From Terrimicrobiaceae bacterium (GTDB taxonomy: Bacteria; Verrucomicrobiota; Verrucomicrobiia; Chthoniobacterales; Terrimicrobiaceae), in the NCBI GenBank assembly GCA_041752695.1, contig JBGSVZ010000119.1:1-11736 (forward strand): a stretch of DNA of 11,736 bases, read 5' to 3'. This document shows, piece by piece, positions 1-7,033 of this stretch. The notes beneath the pieces were generated by a model. That model saw nothing but the letters and a program-made list of their open reading frames with translations, was not told the DNA's origin and did no database searches. The position numbers and the translations under genes were made by a program. Position 1 is the stretch's first letter. Each line of letters begins with the position of its first letter.

Positions 1-1037
1 GCATCGCCCTCCTCCGCCCGCACGTCCACCCGCGCCAGCAAATCCTCCAGCGCCTCTCCCTCGCCCGCCCGAGCCAGGGCATAGGCATAATGCGCGCTGA
101 CAAAAGGCATGAACAACGTGCCCGCCAGCGGGAGCAAATGCGGCACGATGGCGCGGTAGCGTGCCGCGTCCACCTCCACCCCCGCCATCTCCGCCCGCCA
201 GAGAAACGCGATGCCATCCAGCTGCTCGACCACCATGTCTGGCGCATGACCCCAGACGTGTCCGTCGTAGACCGCAAACGCCCGCTCCACCGCCAGCCGG
301 TCCAGATGCATGAGCGCCACATGCCAGGCGTTGTGGCAATGGATCACCCGGCCGGCCCGGTCCCACGTTCCGAGCCACGCTTCCAACCGGTCCACCGCGA
401 CGTCGGGGCTTCCCTCCCAAAGCAGCACATGCTCCAGGGCATGCTGGGCCCAGGGGTTGAAAGGCGTGATGGCCAGCGCCTCCTCGGCCCGGTCCCGCGC
501 CTCCCCCGCCTGACCGCAGAGTTCATGGGCAAATGCCCACATCGCCAGAAAATCCGGATCCTCGTGGTGCCAGACCGCCAGCCGTTCCAAGTGCGCCAAA
601 AACCTCGGCCCGGACTCCTGCTGGCCGAGAATGTAATACAAAAACTCCGCCGCTTTCGTCGCCGGAAGATCCTTCGGCCACGTCCTGGTGATTTCTTCGA
701 ACGCCACCGCCGCCGCGTCGAACGCCCGTCCGTGCCACAACTTCAGCGCTCCCAGCCAGGCTTTTTCCCGTGCGTCCAGCCGCCCCGCCTGCGCCTCCGC
801 TTTGGTCAGAAAGTCTCCCGCCCGGTTCTGCGCCTCCGGGGTCTGACCGAACAGCCATAAAAATGCCCCCGCCAGATCCAGCACCGGTTCGTCGGGAAAC
901 TTCTGCGCCACCTCCAGGATGGCTTCCACCCCCGGCTCAATGCGCAGGAGCCTTGCGAAAAAAGCCCGGCAGGCCTCCGCCACTTCCGGCTCGTTGGTGC
1001 TGACGGGCAAAAACCGCTCTTCGGAAAGATCGCGCAT
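1..1037 (-). CDS. TTC38-like tetratricopeptide repeat protein (3' end runs off window, >345 aa)
   Basis: Hand-translated from ATG at 1037 (in-frame TAG four codons upstream): MRDLSEERFLPVSTNEPEVAEAC...FLAMWAFAHELCG...NPWAQHALEHVLLWEG...IHCHNAWHVALMHL...EQLDGIAFLWRAEMAG, with no stop seen before position 1. The WAxHAxxHV, HNxWHxAL and DxxxxLWR motifs are typical of the TTC38 family. Probably missing from the ORF track because it has no stop in the window. Confidence 0.85.
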   Translation of the reverse strand, partial: MRDLSEERFLPVSTNEPEVAEACRAFFARLLRIEPGVEAILEVAQKFPDEPVLDLAGAFLWLFGQTPEAQNRAGDFLTKAEAQAGRLDAREKAWLGALKLWHGRAFDAAAVAFEEITRTWPKDLPATKAAEFLYYILGQQESGPRFLAHLERLAVWHHEDPDFLAMWAFAHELCGQAGEARDRAEEALAITPFNPWAQHALEHVLLWEGSPDVAVDRLEAWLGTWDRAGRVIHCHNAWHVALMHLDRLAVERAFAVYDGHVWGHAPDMVVEQLDGIAFLWRAEMAGVEVDAARYRAIVPHLLPLAGTLFMPFVSAHYAYALARAGEGEALEDLLARVDVRAEEGD

Positions 1038-1105
1038 CCGCCGTCCCTACCACAACTGGGCCGCGACGGAAAGCCCCGCCCTCAGAGCGACTCTAAAACG
1101 CGAAT

Positions 1106-1228
1106 CCTGGAGGGTGCCGGGTTGCCGACGAGGAGTCGCCCTCCGGGCTTTGCTGCGCAAAGGCCATCTCCGCGTCCGCTTCGATTCTCGGCACCCTGGG
1201 ATGCGAGGGCCCGCATCCCTCCATTTTC
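1106..1228. repeat. Cluster of GGAG-tagged REP-like palindromes
   Basis: TGGAGGG at 1108-1114 versus CCCTCC at 1139-1144 and CCCTCCA at 1217-1223. AGGGTGCCG (1111-1119) / CGGCACCCT (1189-1197). Hairpins CTTTGC-tgc-GCAAAG (1148-1162) and GGGATGCG-N6-CGCATCCC (1198-1219). Confidence 0.55.
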
Positions 1229-1257
1229 CCCACGAATCCGCATTTTCAGGCACGCCC

Positions 1258-2061
1258 TCAACCGGCAAACGTCCGGACGCGCAGTTCGCCGTCCTCGATC
1301 ACGGCCAGCGCGGCATAGGGGAGGCTGCAGCCCCCGCCGAGTTCCTGAAGGCGGCGGCGTTCTTCGTTAACGCAGCGGGCCGTATCCGCATGATGAAGGG
1401 CGGCAAGGGCGGCGAGGGTCTCGGTGTCACCTTCGCGGCACTCCACGGCGATCGCTCCCTGGCCAGGCGCGGGCAGCATGTCTTCCACGACCGTGAGATG
1501 CAGGCCTTCGGGGATAATGTGGTGGCCGAGCCGGTCGAGCCCGGCCTTGGCGAGAAGCAGTCCGTCGAGGACGGGATCTTCGGCAAGTTTGCGCAAACGC
1601 GTCGGAACATTGCCGCGGATCTCGACCACCCGCAAGTCGGGCCGCAGGACGAGCAACTGGGCCTTGCGGCGCGGGCTCGACGTCGCGACGCAGGCGGACG
1701 CGGGCAGGCCGGCGACTCCGCTGGGGTGTTTGGAAATCAGTACATCGGAGGGATCGGCCCGTTCCAGGATGGCCCCCAGGGTAAGTCCAGCGGGTTGAGC
1801 GGTTGGCAGATCTTTGAGGCTGTGGACCGCGGCATCAATCTCGCGGCCCAAGAGGGCTTCTTCGAGCTCCTTGGTGAAGAGGCCTTTTTCCAGCGATCCC
1901 GGGGCGGAAAGGCTCACATCCAGACGGCGGTCGCCGGTGGTTTTGATGATGCGGGTTTCGACCGTGAGAGCCGGGTGCGCGGCGCGGAGTTGGGAGGCAA
2001 CGAGAGAGGTTTGGGCCAGGGCGAGGTCGCTGCCCCGCGTGCCGAGAATCAGTGTGGTCAT
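1258..2061 (-). CDS. hemC: Hydroxymethylbilane synthase (porphobilinogen deaminase)
   Basis: GTRGSDLALAQT, KTTGD, KGLFTKELEEALL, AVHSLKDLP, TSSPRR, IRGNVPTRLRKL, LPAPGQGAI and GGGCSLP (cofactor Cys). Start overlaps the hemA stop (ATGA). Confidence 0.97.
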   Translation of the reverse strand: MTTLILGTRGSDLALAQTSLVASQLRAAHPALTVETRIIKTTGDRRLDVSLSAPGSLEKGLFTKELEEALLGREIDAAVHSLKDLPTAQPAGLTLGAILERADPSDVLISKHPSGVAGLPASACVATSSPRRKAQLLVLRPDLRVVEIRGNVPTRLRKLAEDPVLDGLLLAKAGLDRLGHHIIPEGLHLTVVEDMLPAPGQGAIAVECREGDTETLAALAALHHADTARCVNEERRRLQELGGGCSLPYAALAVIEDGELRVRTFAG

Positions 2062-3077
2062 CGGGAAATTTCGTGGTGGCGGCGCAGCCAGGAAACGAAG
2101 GCGCCGACGTGATCCGTGATCATCTGTTCGCAGCGGACGAGGTCCCCGCGGCGGATGTCCAGCGACTGGCGGACGATGCCCTCCAGCGAATCAATGTCGT
2201 AGAGAAAAACCCCTTCGAGTTCGTTGACGGAAGGCTCGACATCGCGGGGCACGGCCAGGTCGATGACAAAAAGCGGACGCCCCCCGCGCTCGCGCAGAAG
2301 GGGCTGGAGCTTTTCCGCCGTGATGATCGGGTGGGGCGCGGCGGTGGAGCAGATCAAAATGTCCACGTCGGAAAAGGCGTTTTGCCAGTGGTCGAAATGA
2401 ATGGCGAGACCGCCGATTTCCTCCGCCAGTCGGGCGGCGCGATCGAAGGTGCGGTTGGAAACAATCACCGTCTTCACCCCACGGGACACCAGACTGCGGG
2501 CGGTGCGTTCGCTGGTGTCTCCGGCTCCGAGGATCATGATGCGGCGGCCGGTGAGGTCGCCGAAAATTTTCCCCGCCAGTTCGACTGCGACCGACCCAAC
2601 CGAGGTGGCCCCGCGGGTGATCTGGGTTTCCGTGCGGACGTGTTTCGCCACGCGGAAGGCGTGCTGGAAAAGTTTGTTCAGATGGGTCGTGGTCGCACCC
2701 AATTCCGCGGCGGAGGAATAGGCTTTTTTGACCTGACCAAGGATTTCCGTCTCGCCGAGCACCATGGAGTCGAGGCCGCTGGCCACCCGGAAAAGATGAC
2801 GCACGCTGCGTGGGGTGTCGTGAAAATAGAGCGGCGCGTCGTAGCCGGTGCGCTCGTGGAGCAGTTCCTTGAGACCGTCGAAGGCCCGAACCGGACAAAC
2901 GCTGGACGCGTAAAATTCCACCCGATTGCAGGTGGAGAGGATGACCGCGCCGGAGAGGCCGTCGATGGTCCGCACCGCGGCCAGGGTTTCCCCGAGATCA
3001 CTGCCGCCAATGGCAAACTTTTCCCGGATTTCGACGGGGGCGTTCTGGTGATTGAGACCAGCACAAAGAATGTTCAT
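2058..3077 (-). CDS. hemA: Glutamyl-tRNA reductase
   Basis: GLNHQNAPVEIRE, catalytic STCNRVE, HLFRVASGLDSMVLGETEILGQVK, GAG NADPH loop, NRT and DLAVPRDVE. Start overlaps the upstream gene's stop (ATGA). Confidence 0.97.
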   Translation of the reverse strand: MNILCAGLNHQNAPVEIREKFAIGGSDLGETLAAVRTIDGLSGAVILSTCNRVEFYASSVCPVRAFDGLKELLHERTGYDAPLYFHDTPRSVRHLFRVASGLDSMVLGETEILGQVKKAYSSAAELGATTTHLNKLFQHAFRVAKHVRTETQITRGATSVGSVAVELAGKIFGDLTGRRIMILGAGDTSERTARSLVSRGVKTVIVSNRTFDRAARLAEEIGGLAIHFDHWQNAFSDVDILICSTAAPHPIITAEKLQPLLRERGGRPLFVIDLAVPRDVEPSVNELEGVFLYDIDSLEGIVRQSLDIRRGDLVRCEQMITDHVGAFVSWLRRHHEISR

Positions 3078-3859
3078 GGCCGCGAGGACAGGTATTGGAT
3101 ACCAGGCAGGGCCACCATGGCCAGACCGAAGACTCCGATGGAAAGGACGGCCAACCGCCGCGGGGCGAGGGACCGCAGGCGGGCCAGGACGAGGAGCGCG
3201 CCGTAGATCAGCCAGAGGGAGGACGAGGCCCAGAATTTGGTCGTGTTCACCGGCATGGAACTGGCGAAGCCGGCCGCAAATCCAAAGGTCAGCAACCCGA
3301 AGCCCAGCCAGACCAGACGGTGATTGGCCACGGCCAGGTCGTTGATCGGAGGCAGGTTGTAGAGCAACGGCGAGGCTTTGTGGTTTTTCAGCTGACGTTC
3401 CTGCACGAGGTACATCACCCCGGCGATGCCCGCCAGACCGAAGGCCCCGTAGGCGATGATGGAAAACGCCGCATGCAGCTCAATCCACGGACTGGTGACC
3501 ACCCGCCGAACCGGGGCGGAATTGATGGGGGCAATCAACGCAATGAGAATGAGAAAAAACGCCAGCGGCGCCGTGAAGGCCCCGAGGAGCGAAAGACGGT
3601 AGGTCGGACCAACCAGAAGGTAAATGAGGACCAGGGCCCAGCTTTGGAAAATCAGGACATCAAAGAGCGTATTCAGCGGACACGACCCCTCCGCCTGACC
3701 GCGTAGATAAAGAAAACCCGTCTGGAAAAAAAACCCCGTCAGGATCGCGACAAAGTTCACCCGCCCCGGCGTAAAACGCCCCGCGCCAAGCGCGTAGAGC
3801 GTGTAGCCGAAGCTCGCGAGAAAACAGAGCGTTGCCGCAATGAGCAGAAGGCGATCCAT
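3074..3859 (-). CDS. ccsA: CcsA/HemX-like cytochrome c assembly family membrane protein (261 aa)
   Basis: Likely start is MDRLLLIAA at 3859; the longer track ORF overlaps the divergent gene. Multiple hydrophobic segments, WIELHAAFSIIAYGAF, MYLVQERQLK and LPP. Position before hemA-hemC is a known arrangement. Confidence 0.82.
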   Translation of the reverse strand: MDRLLLIAATLCFLASFGYTLYALGAGRFTPGRVNFVAILTGFFFQTGFLYLRGQAEGSCPLNTLFDVLIFQSWALVLIYLLVGPTYRLSLLGAFTAPLAFFLILIALIAPINSAPVRRVVTSPWIELHAAFSIIAYGAFGLAGIAGVMYLVQERQLKNHKASPLLYNLPPINDLAVANHRLVWLGFGLLTFGFAAGFASSMPVNTTKFWASSSLWLIYGALLVLARLRSLAPRRLAVLSIGVFGLAMVALPGIQYLSSRP

Positions 3860-3869
3860 GGATGTGGTG

Positions 3870-3898
3870 ATTTTGCGAAAATCGTCGCCCGTCGTCGA
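3870..3898 (-). promoter_or_regulatory. Putative sigma70 promoter of the heme operon with overlapping palindrome
   Basis: Minus strand TCGACG-17 bp-CAAAAT, 10 nt before the ATG at 3859. Palindrome GATTTT-gcg-AAAATC (3869-3883) overlaps the -10. Confidence 0.35.
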
Positions 3899-3907
3899 GC
3901 GACTCGT

Positions 3908-3913
3908 TACAAT
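3908..3913 (+). promoter_or_regulatory. Putative -10 element (leaderless) for the 3D-domain gene
   Basis: TACAAT 6 nt before ATG 3920; no Shine-Dalgarno. Confidence 0.4.
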
Positions 3914-3919
3914 CGGACA

Positions 3920-4420
3920 ATGCGCCGGATCGTCAACACTTTCGCCCTCGGCCTGGCCGCCCTGGCCCTCGGTGCCTGTGCGGGCCGCCCCCTCCCCAAA
4001 TACGAAAAGCCGCTCGCCCGCGCTCCCGTGATGAAGGTCCGCACCACGGCCTACACCCACTCGGAAAGCGACCACACCCGCTACGGGCGGCGCAACGCCC
4101 TCGGCACCGAACTCCAGAGCGGGCCGGTCAACAGCGCCGCCGCGGACTGGTCACGTTTCCCCGCCGGCACGGTCTTCCGCGTCGTGGCCACTGGCGAAAT
4201 CTACCGCGTGGACGACTACGGCTGGATGCTGGCGGGCACCAACACCATCGATCTCTACAAACCCTCCCGTCAGGAAATGAACACCTGGGGGGTCCGCCGC
4301 GTGACCATCGAAGTGCTCGAATGGGGCGACGTGCGGCAGTGCTACGCCGTGCTCAAACCCCGGGAAAAATACCGCCACGTTCGCCGGATGGTCCAGCAGA
4401 TCGAGGAGAGGCATTTGTAG
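3920..4420 (+). CDS. 3D (Asp-Asp-Asp) domain lipoprotein, putative peptidoglycan lytic transglycosylase-like
   Basis: Lipobox LALGA|C. TTAYT, AAADW...PAGTVFRV, VDDYG and IDLY match the 3D/MltA-like domain pattern. Confidence 0.85.
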   Translation: MRRIVNTFALGLAALALGACAGRPLPKYEKPLARAPVMKVRTTAYTHSESDHTRYGRRNALGTELQSGPVNSAAADWSRFPAGTVFRVVATGEIYRVDDYGWMLAGTNTIDLYKPSRQEMNTWGVRRVTIEVLEWGDVRQCYAVLKPREKYRHVRRMVQQIEERHL

Positions 4421-4447
4421 GAGGTCGGAGGTCGGAAGTCGGAGGTC
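4420..4447. repeat. Heptamer tandem repeat (GGAGGTC)x4
   Basis: GGAGGTC GGAGGTC GGAAGTC GGAGGTC, starting on the last base of the 3D gene stop codon. Confidence 0.9.
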
Positions 4448-4464
4448 GGGAGGGCGGGTCTCTT

Positions 4465-4493
4465 TTGACACCGGGCCTGTGTCCGCATAGGAT
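4465..4493 (+). promoter_or_regulatory. sigma70 promoter of cysS
   Basis: Consensus TTGACA (4465-4470), 17 bp spacer, TAGGAT (4488-4493), 11 nt before ATG 4505. Confidence 0.7.
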
Positions 4494-4504
4494 GCGCCGC
4501 CCGC

Positions 4505-5896
4505 ATGTCCATCCGTTTTTTTAATACCCTTACCCGTCAGGTCGAAGAGTTCCAGCCGCTCGAGGCCGGGCGGGTGCGCATGTACACCTGCGGACCCACG
4601 GTTTACAATCACGCGCATATCGGCAACTTCCGCGCCTACTCCTTCGAGGATCTGCTGCAAAGGCATCTGGAGTTTCGGGGGTTCGCTGTGGAGCGGGTGA
4701 TGAATCTGACCGACGTCGATGACAAAACCATCCGCGGCTGCCAGGCGCAGGGTGTCCCGCTGGCGGAGTTCACCGCGCCATTCAAGAAGGCGTTTTTCGA
4801 GGATCTCGCCACGCTACGGATCAAGCCGGCCGACCACTTTCCCGAGGCGACCGCCGACCGGCACATCGCCCGAATGATCGAGATGATTGCCACCCTCATC
4901 GAACGCGGCCACGCCTATCGGGCGGAGGACGGGTCGGTCTATTTTCGGATCCGGACCTTTCCCGCCTACGGGCGGCTGGCCCATTTTAACCTCGACGAGT
5001 TGCAGCCCTCGGGCCGCGTGCGCAGTGACGAATACGAGAAGGAACAGATCGGCGATTTTGCCCTCTGGAAAGCCTGGGACACCGCCGACGGCGAGGTCGC
5101 GTGGGAGAGCCCGTGGGGACGCGGACGCCCCGGCTGGCACATCGAATGCAGCGCCATGGCCACGGGCATCCTTGGCCCGCAAATGGATATCCATTGCGGC
5201 GGCGAAGATAATATTTTTCCCCACCACGAGGCGGAGATCGCCCAGAGCGAATGTGTGACCGGACAGCCCTTTGTCCGCCTCTGGATGCACTGCAAACACC
5301 TCCAGGTGGAGGGCAAAAAGATGTCCAAAAGCGAGGGCAATTTTTACACCCTGCGCGATCTGCTCGACAAGGGTCACACCGGTCGCGAGGTGCGGCTGGT
5401 CCTGCTCTCGGTGAAATATCGCGAGCCGCTGAATTTTACGATGGATAGCCTGGAGGCCGCCCGTAAGACGCTGGCGCGCTTCGACGAATGGTCCCGCCGC
5501 CTCGACGAAACCGCGGCCGGTGCGGCCGAGGCCCTGCCGGAATCCCTGGACCTCGAAAAATTCGGCCAGGCCCTCGACGACGACCTGAATTTTTCCGCCG
5601 CCCTCGGCGCGCTTTTTGACGTGGTCCGCGAGACCAACCGCCTCCTGGACACCGCCGCCCTCACCCCCGGGCAGGCCCAGGCCCTGCGCGAGTGGCGCGA
5701 CCGCATCAACACCGTGCTCGCCTTCCAAGCCGACGCATCCGGCGTCCCGCCCGAGGTGCAGGAAATCCTCGACCGCCGCGCCGCCGCCCGCGCGAACAAG
5801 GACTGGAAAGCCAGCGACACCCTGCGCGACGAAATTCTCGCCCTCGGCTGGCAGGTGAAGGATACCAAGGACGGGCAGAAGGTGAAAAGAAATTGA
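4505..5896 (+). CDS. cysS: Cysteine--tRNA ligase
   Basis: MYTCGPTVY, HIGN, NLTDVDDK, DFALWK, GRPGWHIECSAM, DIHCGGEDNIFPHHEAEIAQ, KMSKSEGN and the C-terminal anticodon-binding region. Confidence 0.99.
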   Translation: MSIRFFNTLTRQVEEFQPLEAGRVRMYTCGPTVYNHAHIGNFRAYSFEDLLQRHLEFRGFAVERVMNLTDVDDKTIRGCQAQGVPLAEFTAPFKKAFFEDLATLRIKPADHFPEATADRHIARMIEMIATLIERGHAYRAEDGSVYFRIRTFPAYGRLAHFNLDELQPSGRVRSDEYEKEQIGDFALWKAWDTADGEVAWESPWGRGRPGWHIECSAMATGILGPQMDIHCGGEDNIFPHHEAEIAQSECVTGQPFVRLWMHCKHLQVEGKKMSKSEGNFYTLRDLLDKGHTGREVRLVLLSVKYREPLNFTMDSLEAARKTLARFDEWSRRLDETAAGAAEALPESLDLEKFGQALDDDLNFSAALGALFDVVRETNRLLDTAALTPGQAQALREWRDRINTVLAFQADASGVPPEVQEILDRRAAARANKDWKASDTLRDEILALGWQVKDTKDGQKVKRN

Positions 5897-5922
5897 CCGC
5901 GGATGACGCGGATAACGCGGAT
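5896..5922 (+). repeat. Left inverted-repeat arm of GxxExxY element (three GCGGAT units, 9-bp period)
   Basis: ACCGCGGATGACGCGGATAACGCGGAT; 24/27 identical to the reverse complement of 6315-6341. Confidence 0.9.
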
Positions 5923-5928
5923 GAAGAG

Positions 5929-6306
5929 ATGATACACAAGGAAGTCAGCGAGCAGATCATTGGGTCTGCCATGGCGGTTCTCAATGAGTTGAAGCCCGGT
6001 TTGGATGAAAAACTTTATGAGAATGCTTTGGTCATAGAGCTGCAGGAAAGGGGGCTGACGGTGTCCCAACTGGAGCGGTTTCCCGTGAGCTACAAGGGTA
6101 GGCCAATCGGCACTTTTATCCCCGATTTGATTGTTGAAGGTAAAATTATCGTTGATCCAAAAGTCGTTTCCGCGTTTTCCGACGATCATGTCGCACAGGT
6201 CATTGGCTATCTCGCGATCACGCGCCTGGAGCTTGGGCTGCTCATCAATTTCAAGTTCGCTCGCCTCGACTGGAAGCGCATCGCCAGATCATATCCCCAA
6301 CCCTAA
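5929..6306 (+). CDS. GxxExxY protein (PD-(D/E)xK nuclease superfamily), 125 aa
   Basis: MIHKEVSEQIIGSAMAVLNELKPGLDEKLYENAL (GLDEKLY = GxxExxY), PDLIVEGKIIVDPK, QVIGYL and GLLINF. Alternative in-frame TTG start at 5893 overlaps the cysS stop. Confidence 0.92.
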   Translation: MIHKEVSEQIIGSAMAVLNELKPGLDEKLYENALVIELQERGLTVSQLERFPVSYKGRPIGTFIPDLIVEGKIIVDPKVVSAFSDDHVAQVIGYLAITRLELGLLINFKFARLDWKRIARSYPQP

Positions 6307-6314
6307 AGCCTTTT

Positions 6315-6341
6315 ATCCGCACAATCCGCGTCATCCGCGGT
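6315..6341 (-). repeat. Right inverted-repeat arm of GxxExxY element
   Basis: ATCCGCACAATCCGCGTCATCCGCGGT; the outer 18 bp are perfectly complementary to 5896-5913. Confidence 0.9.
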
Positions 6342-6352
6342 AAAAACTCCTC

Positions 6353-7033
6353 ATGTTTGCTCCACAAGAATTCCTCGATCTCGGCCATACCGAACACCGC
6401 GTCATCTTCGACAATGTCGAGCATGTCTGGCAGGCCCTGCCGAAAATCTCGGCCTATTTGCAGTTTCGCCTCAAGCCCGCCATCCACGGAAAACTCATCG
6501 GCAAGCCCTTCGTCAGCAACGCGGTTTTTGTCGGCAAGGGGACGGTGATCGAACACGGCGCGATGATCAAAGGACCGGCCTGGATCGGGGAAAACTGCGA
6601 AATCCGCAACGGCTGTTACATTCGCGAAAACGTCATCATCGGCGACGGCGTGGTGGCAGGGAATTCGTGCGAATTCAAAAATTGCCTGATCTTCGACGAG
6701 GCCCAGGTGCCGCATTTTAACTACGTCGGCGACTCGATTCTCGGCTACAAGGCCCACCTCGGTGCGGGCGTGATCCTCTCCAACGTGAAGCTCGACAAAG
6801 CCGAGGTGGTGGTGACCGGACCCGATGGGAAGATGCTGCCGACGGGGTTGAAAAAATTCGGGGCCATCGTGGGCGATCATGCCGAAGTGGGGTGCAACAG
6901 CGTGTTGTCACCCGGGTCGATCATCGGTCGCAATGCCATCCTTTATCCCGGCACGCAGTGGCGCGGTGTCCTCGGGTCGGACCGCATCGCCAAGATCCGT
7001 CAGCAGATCGAGATCGTTCCCCGGCGGGCCTGA
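6353..7033 (+). CDS. Left-handed beta-helix acyltransferase, similar to the GlmU C-terminal glucosamine-1-phosphate N-acetyltransferase domain (stand-alone)
   Basis: Hexapeptide repeats (IKGPAWIGENCEIRNGCYIRENVIIGDG), GNSCEFKN, PHFNYVGDSILG, LGAGVILSN and KFGAIVGD. No N-terminal nucleotidyltransferase domain. Confidence 0.85.
   Translation: MFAPQEFLDLGHTEHRVIFDNVEHVWQALPKISAYLQFRLKPAIHGKLIGKPFVSNAVFVGKGTVIEHGAMIKGPAWIGENCEIRNGCYIRENVIIGDGVVAGNSCEFKNCLIFDEAQVPHFNYVGDSILGYKAHLGAGVILSNVKLDKAEVVVTGPDGKMLPTGLKKFGAIVGDHAEVGCNSVLSPGSIIGRNAILYPGTQWRGVLGSDRIAKIRQQIEIVPRRA

Noticed and set aside
90..3706. Long plus-strand ORFs 90-860, 919-2112, 2052-3206 and 3095-3706
   Set aside because: Antisense shadows of the TTC38-like gene, hemC, hemA and the ccsA-like gene. 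They have no motifs and are expected in high-GC DNA.
3860..4075. N-terminal extension of the 333-aa ORF
   Set aside because: It overlaps the divergent 3D lipoprotein gene, and the membrane-protein character starts at MDRLLL (3859).
4421..4504. T-box or riboswitch leader for cysS
   Set aside because: The region is too short, the promoter sits about 11 nt from the ATG, and there is no T-box motif.
5692..5892. N-terminal extension of the 204-aa ORF (possible frameshift fusion with cysS)
   Set aside because: Arg/Pro-rich out-of-frame read of the cysS 3' end. CysS is complete with its own stop.
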